64,000 nucleotides of DNA, taken from contig BTUM01000006.1 in the NCBI GenBank assembly GCA_045863235.1, forward strand, positions 96,001-160,000, read 5' to 3'. The stretch comes from Candidatus Xenobia bacterium. Its GTDB lineage: Bacteria > Vulcanimicrobiota > Xenobia > Xenobiales > QWHO01. The notes beneath the pieces are model-generated. The model worked only from the letters and a program-made list of their open reading frames with translations, was not told where the DNA came from and ran no database searches. Shown piece by piece: positions 9,382 through 18,995 of the stretch. The position numbers and the translations under genes are program-made. Each line of letters opens with the position of its first letter. The first letter of the stretch is position 1.

Positions 9382-10368
9382 GTGACGAAGGGAACCGAGC
9401 GCGACAGCGAAGCACCTTCCATGCTGCTAGATTCCCGACCGGTTTGGCTCTACGACGGCCCCATGGAAACCCGCATCCAGTTCGGCACCGACTTCAAGCT
9501 CGACCCGGAGATGTCGATTTTTACCCTGGTGGAGTCGGCCTCAGGTCGCAGCGCCCTGAGCGCGCTCTATGAGCGCGATGCCCGCGCGGCCGCCCGCTAC
9601 CGGCTTCCCATCGTGCTCAACGCTCCTATCTACCGCGCCAGCCCGGCGCACCTGGCCAGACTCTCATTCACGGCCCCGGGTGACCTCGTGCGGATCAACC
9701 GCGACTGTCTCGACCTGGTCCGCGACCTCGTCTCCCGCCTCGACCGACCCCAGGACACGCTCATCACCGCTCCCATCGGCCCTCGATTTGCCGCCTACCA
9801 GCCCGATCGTCAATCCACCCTGGCCCAGGCCATCGACTACCATACCCCCCAGATCGAAGCGGTCGCAGCCTGGGGAGTCGAGCTGATCTCGATCGCCGCC
9901 ATGCACGGCGGGGTCGAAACGGTCGCTGCCGCCACGGTGGCCGCCCGGACCGGCGTCCCCTACACGGTCGGGTTCGTCCTCACGGCCGACGGCAAGATGC
10001 TGGACGGAACGCCGGTCTGGACGCTGATCGCCGAAATCGACGCCACCGTCGCGCCTGGCCCCGAGCTTTACGTCATCGGGTGCACCCATCCCACCGTCTG
10101 CGAGCAGGTTCTGGCCCTCGAGCACGCGGAGCTGGCTCGCATTCGCGGCGTCAAGGCCAACGGCTCGAGCAAGCCTCCGGAGGAGCTGCTCGAGCTGCGC
10201 CGGGCCGAGGCCGACCCTCCCGAGGAGTTTGCCGATGAGCTCCTGGCCCTGGGCCGCCCGCGGGGATTTCGTCTTTACGGCGGGTGCTGCGGAACGGACA
10301 CGGCCTTGATCGACAGTCTGGGGAAGCGTCTCACCGAAAAGAATCGCCAGGCCAGGGGGGAACCATGA
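9382..10368 (+). CDS. Homocysteine S-methyltransferase family protein
   Basis: LYDGPMET, GCTHP and GGCCGT Zn-binding motifs. Start may be ATG 9421. Confidence 0.85.
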   Translation: MTKGTERDSEAPSMLLDSRPVWLYDGPMETRIQFGTDFKLDPEMSIFTLVESASGRSALSALYERDARAAARYRLPIVLNAPIYRASPAHLARLSFTAPGDLVRINRDCLDLVRDLVSRLDRPQDTLITAPIGPRFAAYQPDRQSTLAQAIDYHTPQIEAVAAWGVELISIAAMHGGVETVAAATVAARTGVPYTVGFVLTADGKMLDGTPVWTLIAEIDATVAPGPELYVIGCTHPTVCEQVLALEHAELARIRGVKANGSSKPPEELLELRRAEADPPEEFADELLALGRPRGFRLYGGCCGTDTALIDSLGKRLTEKNRQARGEP

Positions 10369-10562
10369 AGCTGGTCAAGACGCGAATCCACAGCGTGAGC
10401 GGCAATCCTCGCCCTCGCTGACCCACCCCTGGATTGATCCCGAAGCCACATCAAGAGCAGCAGGCCCACGTGCGCCCTGACCGAAACCGTCATCCTCAGG
10501 GTGACGGTGCCGTCTGGCTGACGACTCCCAGCAGAAAGAATCTTCAAGAGAGTCGACTCGTG

Positions 10563-11975
10563 ATGCTGACACCTCTCTGCGATTGGTTGGCCGACCCGCC
10601 CCCGGCGGGACCGGCTGCTTACAACTATCAGGGCTATTGTCCGAGTACCGGCCGGCTGCTCACGCTGGAGCGCACACCGATGGCCGAGGCTGTGGCGAGA
10701 GCTCTGATGCGGCGGCTGGGCCCTCTGGAAAAGGGCCGGATGTATGGCGTCTTGCTCACCGACCAGGGCGTCCTCATCGGCTTTTCGGGCCAGGAGCAGA
10801 GCGAGGGCTGGGTGCCGCCCATCCGGCCCCACGACCTCCCCGAGGTGGAGCTGGCCGAGCTGGCGCAACTCAAGGCCGAGTTGGCGGAGCTGCCCTTGCC
10901 GCTGGCCCGCCACGCGCTCGAGCTCTTGCAACAAGAGCGCGCCAGCATGAGCGAGCGCCATCGTATCAACAAGCAGATGCGCGCTCTAAAGCGTCAGGAA
11001 GGCGGCGACATCGAGCTGCTGCGCCAGGAGAGCCTGGCCGACGAGCGTGAGCTCAAAGCTCATAAGGCGCGGGTCCGTGACCTGGTCGCGCGGTTGAAGG
11101 CGCTCGAGGAGCGCCGCGTGCAAATCGTGCGGCGGCGTCGGGCGCTGTCGCGCCAGATGCACCGGGATCTGCAGCAGCGCTTCCAGGCCAGCTTGTTCCC
11201 GGGCCAGGCCTGGTCGCTGGCGTCGCTGTTCGCGGGCAACGCCCCGGGCGGCACGGGAGAGTGCTGCGCTCCCAAGCTGCTGCACTACGCCGCCCGCCAC
11301 GGGCTAACGCCGCTGGGGCTGGCCGAGTTCTGGTGGGGACCGGGTCCCCGCACCGCAGGTGAATTCTATCCGGCCTGCGCCGAGCGCTGCCAGCCGCTCC
11401 TGGGGGCTCTGTTGAGCCGGCAGGAGCTGCGTCTGCTCTACGAGGACGAGTTTCTGATCGCGGTCGACAAGCCTCCCGGCGTCCTGAGCGTTCCCGGGCG
11501 GGGTCCGCTGCAGCAAGACTGCATGCTGAGCCGCATGCAGCGCCTTCGTCCCGAGGTGCTGGGGATCCACCGCCTGGACCTCGAGACGACCGGCGTGCTG
11601 CTGTTCGCGCGCAACCGCGAGACCCAGAGCGAGCTGAACCGGCTGTTCCGAGACCGGCTCGTGAGGAAGATCTATATGGCCGAGCTCACCAGGAGCCCTG
11701 ACTGCCAGGAGGGCACCATCGAGCTGCCCGTCAGGGACAGGCCCGCAGTCACGCACTACCGCGTGCTGGGTGGCGCGAGGGTGGAGTTTCGCCCCGTCAC
11801 GGGCCGCACCCACCAGCTGCGTGTGCACGCCGCGCTGGGCCTGGGAGCGCCCATCCGTGGCGACCGTCTGTACGGCCCCGAGGGTCCGCGGCTCTACCTG
11901 CACTGCAGCGCCCTGGCCTTCGAGTTGGGAGGCCGTCGGATCGAGATCGCGTCCGATCCGCCCTTTTGGAGATGA
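10563..11975 (+). CDS. rluA: RluA-family pseudouridine synthase, long form with N-terminal coiled-coil and Cys-containing extension
   Basis: VDKPPGVLSVPG, HRLDLETTG (catalytic Asp), GRTHQLRVH, GDRLYG, LYLH. Start estimated. Confidence 0.88.
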   Translation: MLTPLCDWLADPPPAGPAAYNYQGYCPSTGRLLTLERTPMAEAVARALMRRLGPLEKGRMYGVLLTDQGVLIGFSGQEQSEGWVPPIRPHDLPEVELAELAQLKAELAELPLPLARHALELLQQERASMSERHRINKQMRALKRQEGGDIELLRQESLADERELKAHKARVRDLVARLKALEERRVQIVRRRRALSRQMHRDLQQRFQASLFPGQAWSLASLFAGNAPGGTGECCAPKLLHYAARHGLTPLGLAEFWWGPGPRTAGEFYPACAERCQPLLGALLSRQELRLLYEDEFLIAVDKPPGVLSVPGRGPLQQDCMLSRMQRLRPEVLGIHRLDLETTGVLLFARNRETQSELNRLFRDRLVRKIYMAELTRSPDCQEGTIELPVRDRPAVTHYRVLGGARVEFRPVTGRTHQLRVHAALGLGAPIRGDRLYGPEGPRLYLHCSALAFELGGRRIEIASDPPFWR

Positions 11976-12014
11976 GACTCTCACTCGAAGTGGTTCCCGG
12001 CATGGGCCAGGCGA

Positions 12015-12488
12015 TCACGAAGGATGAGTAACGCCTGGCTCTTCCTGACTGCGAAGCTCCCGGGCCTGCCGAAAGCGAGCGTCGCACTCTGCTTCTAGAA
12101 CCCCGCCGAGCAACCGGCAGCCTTGCTTGGACAGGGCGGCCAGGGCGGCGGCCCGCAGCTCGATCTGCTCCCACCCGATGGATTGCAGGAAGGGCATCGA
12201 GCTGCCGTAGACCACCTGCGGGATGCCCGCGAACAAAATGGCTCCCTGGCACATCGGACAGGGCTCAGCCGTGGTGTAGAGCACGCATTCGGTGAAGGGA
12301 GCCTCGCGGTCGAGGTTGGACAGGGCGTCCATCTCCCCGTGCCAGATGGGGCTGTCATGCGTGTGATTGCAGCCCGAGGCCAGCACGGACTGGCTGGGGG
12401 CGTGCACGATCACCGTTCCAAAGGGTGAGCGCGGGTTGTTGCTGGCCATTTCCAGGGCCTGCCACATCCAGTGCTTGTGATCGCGCAT
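12015..12488 (-). CDS. Cytidine/guanine-type nucleoside deaminase
   Basis: PFG...HGEMDAL...TTAEPCPMC Zn-deaminase motif. Confidence 0.9.
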   Translation of the reverse strand: MRDHKHWMWQALEMASNNPRSPFGTVIVHAPSQSVLASGCNHTHDSPIWHGEMDALSNLDREAPFTECVLYTTAEPCPMCQGAILFAGIPQVVYGSSMPFLQSIGWEQIELRAAALAALSKQGCRLLGGVLEAECDARFRQARELRSQEEPGVTHPS

Positions 12489-12569
12489 CGCCGGCCATTC
12501 TACAAGTCCTTGCCAACTCCATCCTCAGCGCGCAGGATCCTCCCCACCCTCGACGGAAACCTGCCAGCC

Positions 12570-14090
12570 ATGCCCCCCCAGGCTGACCTGCTGAAAACCG
12601 GAGCAAAACATCTGCGTGCGCTGGAAACGGTGCGCGCTCTTTCGGCGTTTCGCAAGGCTCTGAACCGGGCCGTCAAGGACGGCGACCGCGAGCGCGAGGC
12701 CCGGGCCCGCAACTTCTGCTCGGAAGCGGCCCTGATCCTGGGCCGCTGGGCCCAGGCCGAGCTGGATGCTCGCACCGTGCTCGACCTTGCCGGTCAGCCT
12801 GAGGACGTGACCGCCCGGGCCCACTTCCTGCTGGGCGAGGTGATGGCCAGCCGGGGCGACCCCGAGGCCGCCTTCGCAAGCCTGCAGCGAGCGCTCAACC
12901 TGGCCCCGGCGAAGGGCGTTCTGAGGGGTCAGATCCTCTGCCGTCTGGCCGCTCTGGCCGGGCGCACCGGCTCGGCCGACGAGGCCCAGAGCCTGGTCGA
13001 CGAGACCATGGCCGGCCTCAAGCCGAAGACCCCGGAAGAACGCGAGCTGCTGGCCGGGTTGATCATCCAGTCGGGCCTGTGTCACCTTCGTCGCTCTCAA
13101 CTTCAGGCCGCCGAGGAGTCCTTCGAGAAGGCCATCGCGGCCCTGAAGGGCGAGAGCAGTCTGGAGGAGGCCAACGCCCAGCGCTACCTGGGCGTGGTCA
13201 ACAGCCTGCGAGGCCGCCATCGCACCGCTCTGCTCTACCATCTGGCCGCTTACGACCTGTTCCAGAAGGCCGGTTGCCGCTACGGGCTGGCCCGCACCTA
13301 CGAGAGCATCGGGCGCACCTATCTGGTGTTCAATCGGCTGGAAGAGTCGCTCTTTTGTCTCAAGCGCAGCGCCGGCATGTGCGAGAAGCTGGGGGCCGAG
13401 GCCGAGCTGGCCACGATCTACGGCAAGCTGGGACACGTCCACTTCGTGCGCGAGGAGTATGAGAAGGCGGCCTCCTACTTCCGACGCGACCTCAAGACCT
13501 CGACTCGCTTCAAGAACGACTATGCGCTGGGCTTTGCTTTGCGCAACCTGGGCCGCTGCGAAGCGGCGCTGGGCCTGATGGCCTCGGCCGTGCAGCACCT
13601 GGAGGCCAGCTTGAAGCTGTTCGAAAAGGTGCGCGACGCCCTCAACCTGGGCCGGGTGCAGATGGACCTTTGCCAGGCCTACACTCGCTATGGCAAGCTG
13701 GAAGAGGCCCAGGAGGCCTGCGAGCGGGCCCGCAGCTTGATGGCTCAGCTGGGAATGGACCGCGAGGTCGCTTTCTTGAACCTCTTGATGGGTCAGGTGG
13801 CGCGCAAGTCAGGGCGGGAGCGCGAAGCCGAGAAGTTGCTCAAGCAGTCGGTCGAGCAACTCACCGACATGCCCAGCCCGGCCTGGCTGGCCGAGGCCTA
13901 TTATGAGCTGGGCGAGTTGTATCGCTTCGCTCGTCCCCAGGCTGCCCTGGAAGCGTATCAGCACGCTTTTCGCACCGTGCGGCGAGCCGGCCTGGCGCGC
14001 GAGGAGGGCCGCTATCTCGCGGCCCTCGAGCGCTTCGACCCCCATGCCCTCTTCGCAACGCTCATGGACAACGTTTCCGACGTTCGCTGA
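12570..14090 (+). CDS. Tetratricopeptide-repeat protein
   Basis: Many tandem helical repeats (e.g. ATIYGKLGHVHF, FALRNLGRCEAALG, AEAYYELGELY). ATG at 12570 avoids overlap with the divergent gene. Confidence 0.85.
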   Translation: MPPQADLLKTGAKHLRALETVRALSAFRKALNRAVKDGDREREARARNFCSEAALILGRWAQAELDARTVLDLAGQPEDVTARAHFLLGEVMASRGDPEAAFASLQRALNLAPAKGVLRGQILCRLAALAGRTGSADEAQSLVDETMAGLKPKTPEERELLAGLIIQSGLCHLRRSQLQAAEESFEKAIAALKGESSLEEANAQRYLGVVNSLRGRHRTALLYHLAAYDLFQKAGCRYGLARTYESIGRTYLVFNRLEESLFCLKRSAGMCEKLGAEAELATIYGKLGHVHFVREEYEKAASYFRRDLKTSTRFKNDYALGFALRNLGRCEAALGLMASAVQHLEASLKLFEKVRDALNLGRVQMDLCQAYTRYGKLEEAQEACERARSLMAQLGMDREVAFLNLLMGQVARKSGREREAEKLLKQSVEQLTDMPSPAWLAEAYYELGELYRFARPQAALEAYQHAFRTVRRAGLAREEGRYLAALERFDPHALFATLMDNVSDVR

Positions 14091-14274
14091 CCTTTCAGAG
14101 CCCTTTCAGCTGATTGGCCCAAGATGACCGTGATCAGCTCTTGAAGAACCAGGCCGTGTTGAGGGAACCCAAAACTGCTCTTCAGCGGTCTTGAGAGCAG
14201 GAGTCAGATTGAAGCAAGCAGTATAATCGGGAACGCCCATCCCGGGTCGGAAGGACACCGGGAGGGCCTGGAGG

Positions 14275-14640
14275 GTGGACATGGGGACTTTCGAGGCGCC
14301 GCAGACGTTCCAGCCGGTCGCGCCGGACTCTGACGCTCTGGCGGAAGAGAACAAGAAGCTTGCCAAGAAGAACTTCGAGCTGGCTCGGGCCCTGGCTTCG
14401 GCCCAGCGCCGGATCTCCGAGCAGAATGCCCAGCTCGAGCAGCTGCGCTCGCGTCACAATCAGTGGGTGGAAGCGGTTCAGCTGGATCTGAACTTCCTCT
14501 ACGCGCAGCTCGTGGAGGCTTCCGAGGCCTGGGCCTGGTATCAGGCCAGCGCTCCCGAGCGGCACCGTTACGAGGAGGTGCGTGGCGATCTGGAGGAGAG
14601 GTTGTTCAACAGCAACAGCCTGGAGGAAGCTCCCGAATAA
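14275..14640 (+). CDS. Small coiled-coil hypothetical protein
   Basis: GGAGG RBS upstream; heptad pattern LAEENKKLAKKNFELARALASAQRRISEQNAQLEQL. Confidence 0.65.
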   Translation: MDMGTFEAPQTFQPVAPDSDALAEENKKLAKKNFELARALASAQRRISEQNAQLEQLRSRHNQWVEAVQLDLNFLYAQLVEASEAWAWYQASAPERHRYEEVRGDLEERLFNSNSLEEAPE

Positions 14641-14754
14641 GGGGCCGCGCGCTGACATCTTCAGGAATTGACGCGGCGCCGTTCACCGCTTTCTAATGTG
14701 CTCGCACAGGTCAAAGGGCAGGAGTGTCTACGGCCGGCTCGGAACTGCGCCGGC

Positions 14755-15378
14755 ATGAAGAAGACCGTTCTGCTCACGCTCGTGGTGCTGCTGGCTCCCC
14801 TGGTGCTGGCCCAGAATTCCACCCTGCACAACTACACCTGGAAGAGCCGAACCCAGGTCGAAATGGGTGGCGAGGTGAAGAGCGTGGTCCTCGAGCAGGT
14901 CCGCACCGACGCCAGCGGTCAGGTTCAGAAGACCCCTCTCAGCGCGCCTCCCGCCGCTCCCAGCCAGAGGGGTCCCGTCCGACGCCGCCTCGCCCAGCGC
15001 AAGACGGAGCGCACCAAAGAGTGGATGCAGGGTTTGCAGGCGACCCTGGCTCCCTATCAGAGCCTCCCCCCAGAGAAGCTGAAAGCCTTTGCGGAAGGCG
15101 CCACAAAGCAGCCGGTCGGGGACGGCCTGGTGCAGCTGCAGGGGCGGGGGCTGGTGCAACCGGATGATCAAGTGGTTTTGACCGTGGAGATGGTTTCCCA
15201 TCAACCCCGCAAGATGCAGGTCAAGACCACCTACGACGGTTCCCCGGTCGAGCTGCAGGTGGAGCTGAGCGCCATCGCTCCCAATGTCACGGCGCCCATG
15301 AAGGTGGTCACGACCGTGCCTGACGACGGCCTGAACATCACCACCGACAACTACGACTATCAGCAACTCAGGAACTGA
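14755..15378 (+). CDS. Secreted hypothetical protein
   Basis: Sec signal MKKTVLLTLVVLLAPLVLA-Q from ATG 14755; beta-strand-rich body. Confidence 0.75.
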   Translation: MKKTVLLTLVVLLAPLVLAQNSTLHNYTWKSRTQVEMGGEVKSVVLEQVRTDASGQVQKTPLSAPPAAPSQRGPVRRRLAQRKTERTKEWMQGLQATLAPYQSLPPEKLKAFAEGATKQPVGDGLVQLQGRGLVQPDDQVVLTVEMVSHQPRKMQVKTTYDGSPVELQVELSAIAPNVTAPMKVVTTVPDDGLNITTDNYDYQQLRN

Positions 15379-15552
15379 GCAAAATTTGTAACCTGGGTCC
15401 AGGGCAGTCATCAAGCTGTTTTTTCCGCGTTTGTCCCGATCGGGCGCGAGAAAACTTTCACACCATTAACAAACTTTCAACACAAACTCTGAGCGCGAAG
15501 GCCATCCGTCCCTCTACAGTGGGTTCAAGAGATTCCCACCAGGAGGACGGTT

Positions 15553-17772
15553 GTGAGCCAGACGTCCCAGAAAAGCGCACCCAGCGTGGCCCCGGTTTCC
15601 AGTGCCAGCTCGTCCAGCTCCTCGAGCTCGAGCAGCAGCACCAGCTCAACGGGAGGGAGCCTTGGGGCAGCCGCCTCGCGGGCCACGCAGGGCAGCTCGT
15701 CCAGCAGCTCGAGCTCCTCGAGCTCGTCCACCGCGTCCAGTTCGTCCAGCACCTCCGACTCCTCAAGCTCGAGCGGAAATGGCACCTATGACAGCAGCCG
15801 CCTCCAGGGTTCGTCAAACAGTTCCGCCGAAGCCCTCGAGTGGGGGGGCGAAGAGGAGCGCACCTCCGGCCACACCAGTGCCCTGCTGGCAGCCTGGGGC
15901 AAGGTTGACCCCAAGGTGGAGCGCCGGAAGATCGAAGAGGATCGCCAGAGCCTGAGCGCTTATGAATCTCAGGCCGCTACTTTTCAGCCGGCCCGCAACC
16001 CGGGTCCGGGTCAGAAGGAGGAGGCTCGCCGTCTGGTCGATCAGCTCGAGGCTTTGAAAGCCGATTCCGCCGCCGACTCGAGGGGGATGAAGCCGGGCCG
16101 CCAGCGCGAAGCTCTCAATCAGGACCTGGAAGTGAAGAGCCGCGAGGCCCAACAGCGCCTGGCCGAGGCCCAGGCCACCCCTACGGGCCAGGTCAGTCCC
16201 ACCGGTCAGGTTGGCCCGACGGGGCAGGTCACCCCAACGGGTCAGGTGGACCCCACAGGCCAGGTGAGCCCTACCGGTCAGGTGAGCCCCACGACCCAGA
16301 ACCCGCCTGCCAAAACCGACGCCGTGTCTCAGGCGCGTCAGAAGTTCCTGGACACGATGCGCGGCAAGCTCGACGACGAGCGCATGAAGCGGCTGGAGAA
16401 CATGTCCCGCGAGATGGAGCGGCGCATGGCCGCGCGAGGCTACGCCCGCATTCTGGCTGGCAAGGACCGCGCCGAGACGGCCCAGATGATCCGTCAGCAG
16501 CTGGTGGACACCTACGGTCAGCTCGACCAGCTGGCCGGCACTCCGGATGCCACCGGACAGTATTTCGACCAGAATATGCGCGCCCAGCTGGCCGAGAACT
16601 TTCTCTTCCACGCCGCCGACCCCACCAACGTGGATCAGGGCGGCAACGGCACTTGCTGGCTCGAGTCGGGCTACATTGCGGGCGGTTTCGTCAACCACCC
16701 CGAGCACATGGCTCGCTTTCTCAAAGAGGTCTCTCTCACCGGCTCGTTCAACACGCTCAGCCGGGGTGAGAACGACCCCACCCCCACCAACATCAAGTTC
16801 CCTCCCCACCTCTTCCGCTTCGGGGCCAACGACGAGGAGGGGCGCTGGACTGTCGGCAGCGCCAATCAGAATGGCCGACGCAGTCCGGTGGGCTTGATCT
16901 TCGACGAAGGCATGAGCTACATGGTTGGCCGTCGCCATCCCGACGCCGGCTCCTACGGCGGCAGCGTGGGCGTGCGCCGCATCATGCACATGGTGACCGG
17001 CGACATCGTGCACGACTCGAGCCACCTGCTCAACGGCTCGGCCCGCCAGACCCTGCTCGAGAAGGGTGCTTACATCGTCTACCAGCCAGGTCACATGCGC
17101 ACCGTGCAGATGCGTCTGGACGGCGACTTCCAGCTCGGCGAGAACGACATCACCAGGCCGGGCGGCGGGCCCACTCAGGGGGCTATCATTCAAGACAACC
17201 AGTGGGGCGAGTACAACGACCACATCGACATGGTGGTGCACGATCTGGAGAACAACCGCATCGTGGACATCCGCAACACGCGCAACACGCCCTACAATCC
17301 CTTGAGCGTGACCGGCGAGCGCCCCCTGCCGCCCTACTCGCCCGATGGCAGCCTGCCCGATTGGGACCGGCACATCGGTGGGGGCGACGACGGCGGCGGC
17401 TTCGTCCCCTGGGGCCCCGATTGGCCCGGCCCGGGCCCGAGCCCCGACATCAGCCCCGATTTCGTGGTGGATACCATCGGGGACATCCTCGACTCGGTGA
17501 GCGACACCGACGACGAGGCCAAGAAGGCGGAGGTCAAGAACCTGATGCGCACCCTCACCGCCTCGGCTGAGGGCGAGCTGCAACTGGGCAAGCCGGGAGC
17601 CAACTTCCAGAAGCTCAAGGAAGCCTACGAGAAGGTCAAGAAGAAGAACATCCTCGATCCGGAGCTGAAGGCAAAGGTCGAGCAGGTTCTCACCCGGGGC
17701 GGCGCACCGCCTGCGCCCGAGCCCAAGCCTCCGACCCCGACTCCAACGCCGAGCCCTACGCCCAGTCCTTAA
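15553..17772 (+). CDS. Large Ser-rich protein with putative papain-fold cysteine protease domain
   Basis: AGGAGG RBS; poly-Ser N-terminus; PTGQVx repeats; DQGGNGTCWLES, PGHMRTV and DNQWG motifs; Pro/Thr-rich C-terminus. The CDS is solid; the function is inferred. Confidence 0.7.
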   Translation: MSQTSQKSAPSVAPVSSASSSSSSSSSSSTSSTGGSLGAAASRATQGSSSSSSSSSSSSTASSSSSTSDSSSSSGNGTYDSSRLQGSSNSSAEALEWGGEEERTSGHTSALLAAWGKVDPKVERRKIEEDRQSLSAYESQAATFQPARNPGPGQKEEARRLVDQLEALKADSAADSRGMKPGRQREALNQDLEVKSREAQQRLAEAQATPTGQVSPTGQVGPTGQVTPTGQVDPTGQVSPTGQVSPTTQNPPAKTDAVSQARQKFLDTMRGKLDDERMKRLENMSREMERRMAARGYARILAGKDRAETAQMIRQQLVDTYGQLDQLAGTPDATGQYFDQNMRAQLAENFLFHAADPTNVDQGGNGTCWLESGYIAGGFVNHPEHMARFLKEVSLTGSFNTLSRGENDPTPTNIKFPPHLFRFGANDEEGRWTVGSANQNGRRSPVGLIFDEGMSYMVGRRHPDAGSYGGSVGVRRIMHMVTGDIVHDSSHLLNGSARQTLLEKGAYIVYQPGHMRTVQMRLDGDFQLGENDITRPGGGPTQGAIIQDNQWGEYNDHIDMVVHDLENNRIVDIRNTRNTPYNPLSVTGERPLPPYSPDGSLPDWDRHIGGGDDGGGFVPWGPDWPGPGPSPDISPDFVVDTIGDILDSVSDTDDEAKKAEVKNLMRTLTASAEGELQLGKPGANFQKLKEAYEKVKKKNILDPELKAKVEQVLTRGGAPPAPEPKPPTPTPTPSPTPSP
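16180..16293 (+). repeat. Six tandem 18-bp coding repeats (PTGQV[S/G/T/D])
   Basis: ccNacNggNcaggtN-NNN x6 with synonymous third-position variation. Confidence 0.9.
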
Positions 17773-17899
17773 TGTGATCGCCCGTCTTCTGAAAAAGGCC
17801 GGAAACTACATTCCAGCGTTGCAAACACACAGGCCTTGCACTTTAGAAATCCGGCCGCATCCGCCTTCAGGCCGAGATTGACTTGGGCGGAGAACGATT

Positions 17900-18724
17900 T
17901 CAGACGCGGTAGGCGAACGCGCACCAGTAGGGCTCCCGGTCGTGGAAGCGGACGTCGCGTAACCCGGCATTCAGCATCATCTGGCGGATCTCCTGGCGCG
18001 TGAAACGATGCTCTATCCTGGTTCCGAAGCGGTCCAGGGCGTCGTTGCGCATCAGGTAGAAGCTCTTGTCGCGATAGGCCGAGAGCGGAATGTTGCCCAC
18101 GGGTAGCCCCAGGCGCTCGAGCAGCCAGGCGCCGCGCGCCAGTGGCCAGTAAACGACCGCGGCCAGCACGTCGCAGGCGAGGTGCTTGACCGGGCGAGGA
18201 AGCTGGCAGAGCGCGCGGCGCGCGAAGTCGGTCAGCTTCCAGACGGCGCGGAACCAGGCCGGGCGGTTGTCGAACGCATAGTAGAGGTATACCAGGAAAG
18301 GCGCCCCGGGCCGTAGCTTGCGCACGCAGCCCTGCAGGCCCAGTTGCGGGTCGGGCAGGTGGTGCAGGACCCCCAGCGCGTAGCCGAAATCCATGCTAGC
18401 GTCAGCGAGCGGAATGCACGAGGCGTCCGCCTGGTGGAAGCGGCAGTTGGGCTGCTCGGCCAGGTTGCGGCGCGCCACCGCCAGGGCCGACGCCGCGGGG
18501 TCGATGCAGTGGAGCTCACGCACGCGGGGCGCCACGAAACGGGCCCAGCGGCCTGTGCCGCAGCCGAGATCGAAGCCGCGCGCTTCTGGGGCAAGCTCGG
18601 ACCACGGGAAAACCGCGAAATATTCCTCGAATTGGCGAGCCAGCTCCTCCCGGGTGGCCGCGGACTGGTCAAAGCGTGACCATTCCTCGCCGAAGTCGTC
18701 CACCAGCTCAGGATCGACGTTCAT
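17900..18724 (-). CDS. Class I SAM-dependent methyltransferase (glycan-locus type)
   Basis: GFDLGCGTGRW motif I, GVLHHLPD, LYYAFDNRP; start at ATG 18724. Confidence 0.9.
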   Translation of the reverse strand: MNVDPELVDDFGEEWSRFDQSAATREELARQFEEYFAVFPWSELAPEARGFDLGCGTGRWARFVAPRVRELHCIDPAASALAVARRNLAEQPNCRFHQADASCIPLADASMDFGYALGVLHHLPDPQLGLQGCVRKLRPGAPFLVYLYYAFDNRPAWFRAVWKLTDFARRALCQLPRPVKHLACDVLAAVVYWPLARGAWLLERLGLPVGNIPLSAYRDKSFYLMRNDALDRFGTRIEHRFTRQEIRQMMLNAGLRDVRFHDREPYWCAFAYRV

Positions 18725-18995
18725 GAATGTTCCAAATCTCCTGCTTCTCGCGCAGCCCAGCACCCTAAAGCCCGGAGCGTGGTCGCCGTGAGACCGAGCT
18801 TCTCATTGACCAGGTCTTTGCTCTGACCTGGTGCATCTCGAAGCTTCGGGCTCGGGCCCCAGGTGACAGGGGGCTTTGCTCCAGGTCCGGGAAACCCTTG
18901 TGAAGGTCGGGAGAAGCTCTTCTCACTGGGTCAGGAACACCTCCGGGCTTGCCGTCGGAAGGGAAATCCTCACCCCGTGCGCTAAATGGGCCAAC

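Noticed and set aside
14191..14230. Sigma70 promoter around a perfect TATAAT at 14222-14227
   Set aside because: Nearby TTGAAG and TTGAGA hexamers are 7 and 25 nt away rather than about 17, so support is insufficient.
16180..16293. Tandem repeats as a CRISPR array
   Set aside because: 18-bp in-frame units with synonymous variation, no spacers and no cas genes.
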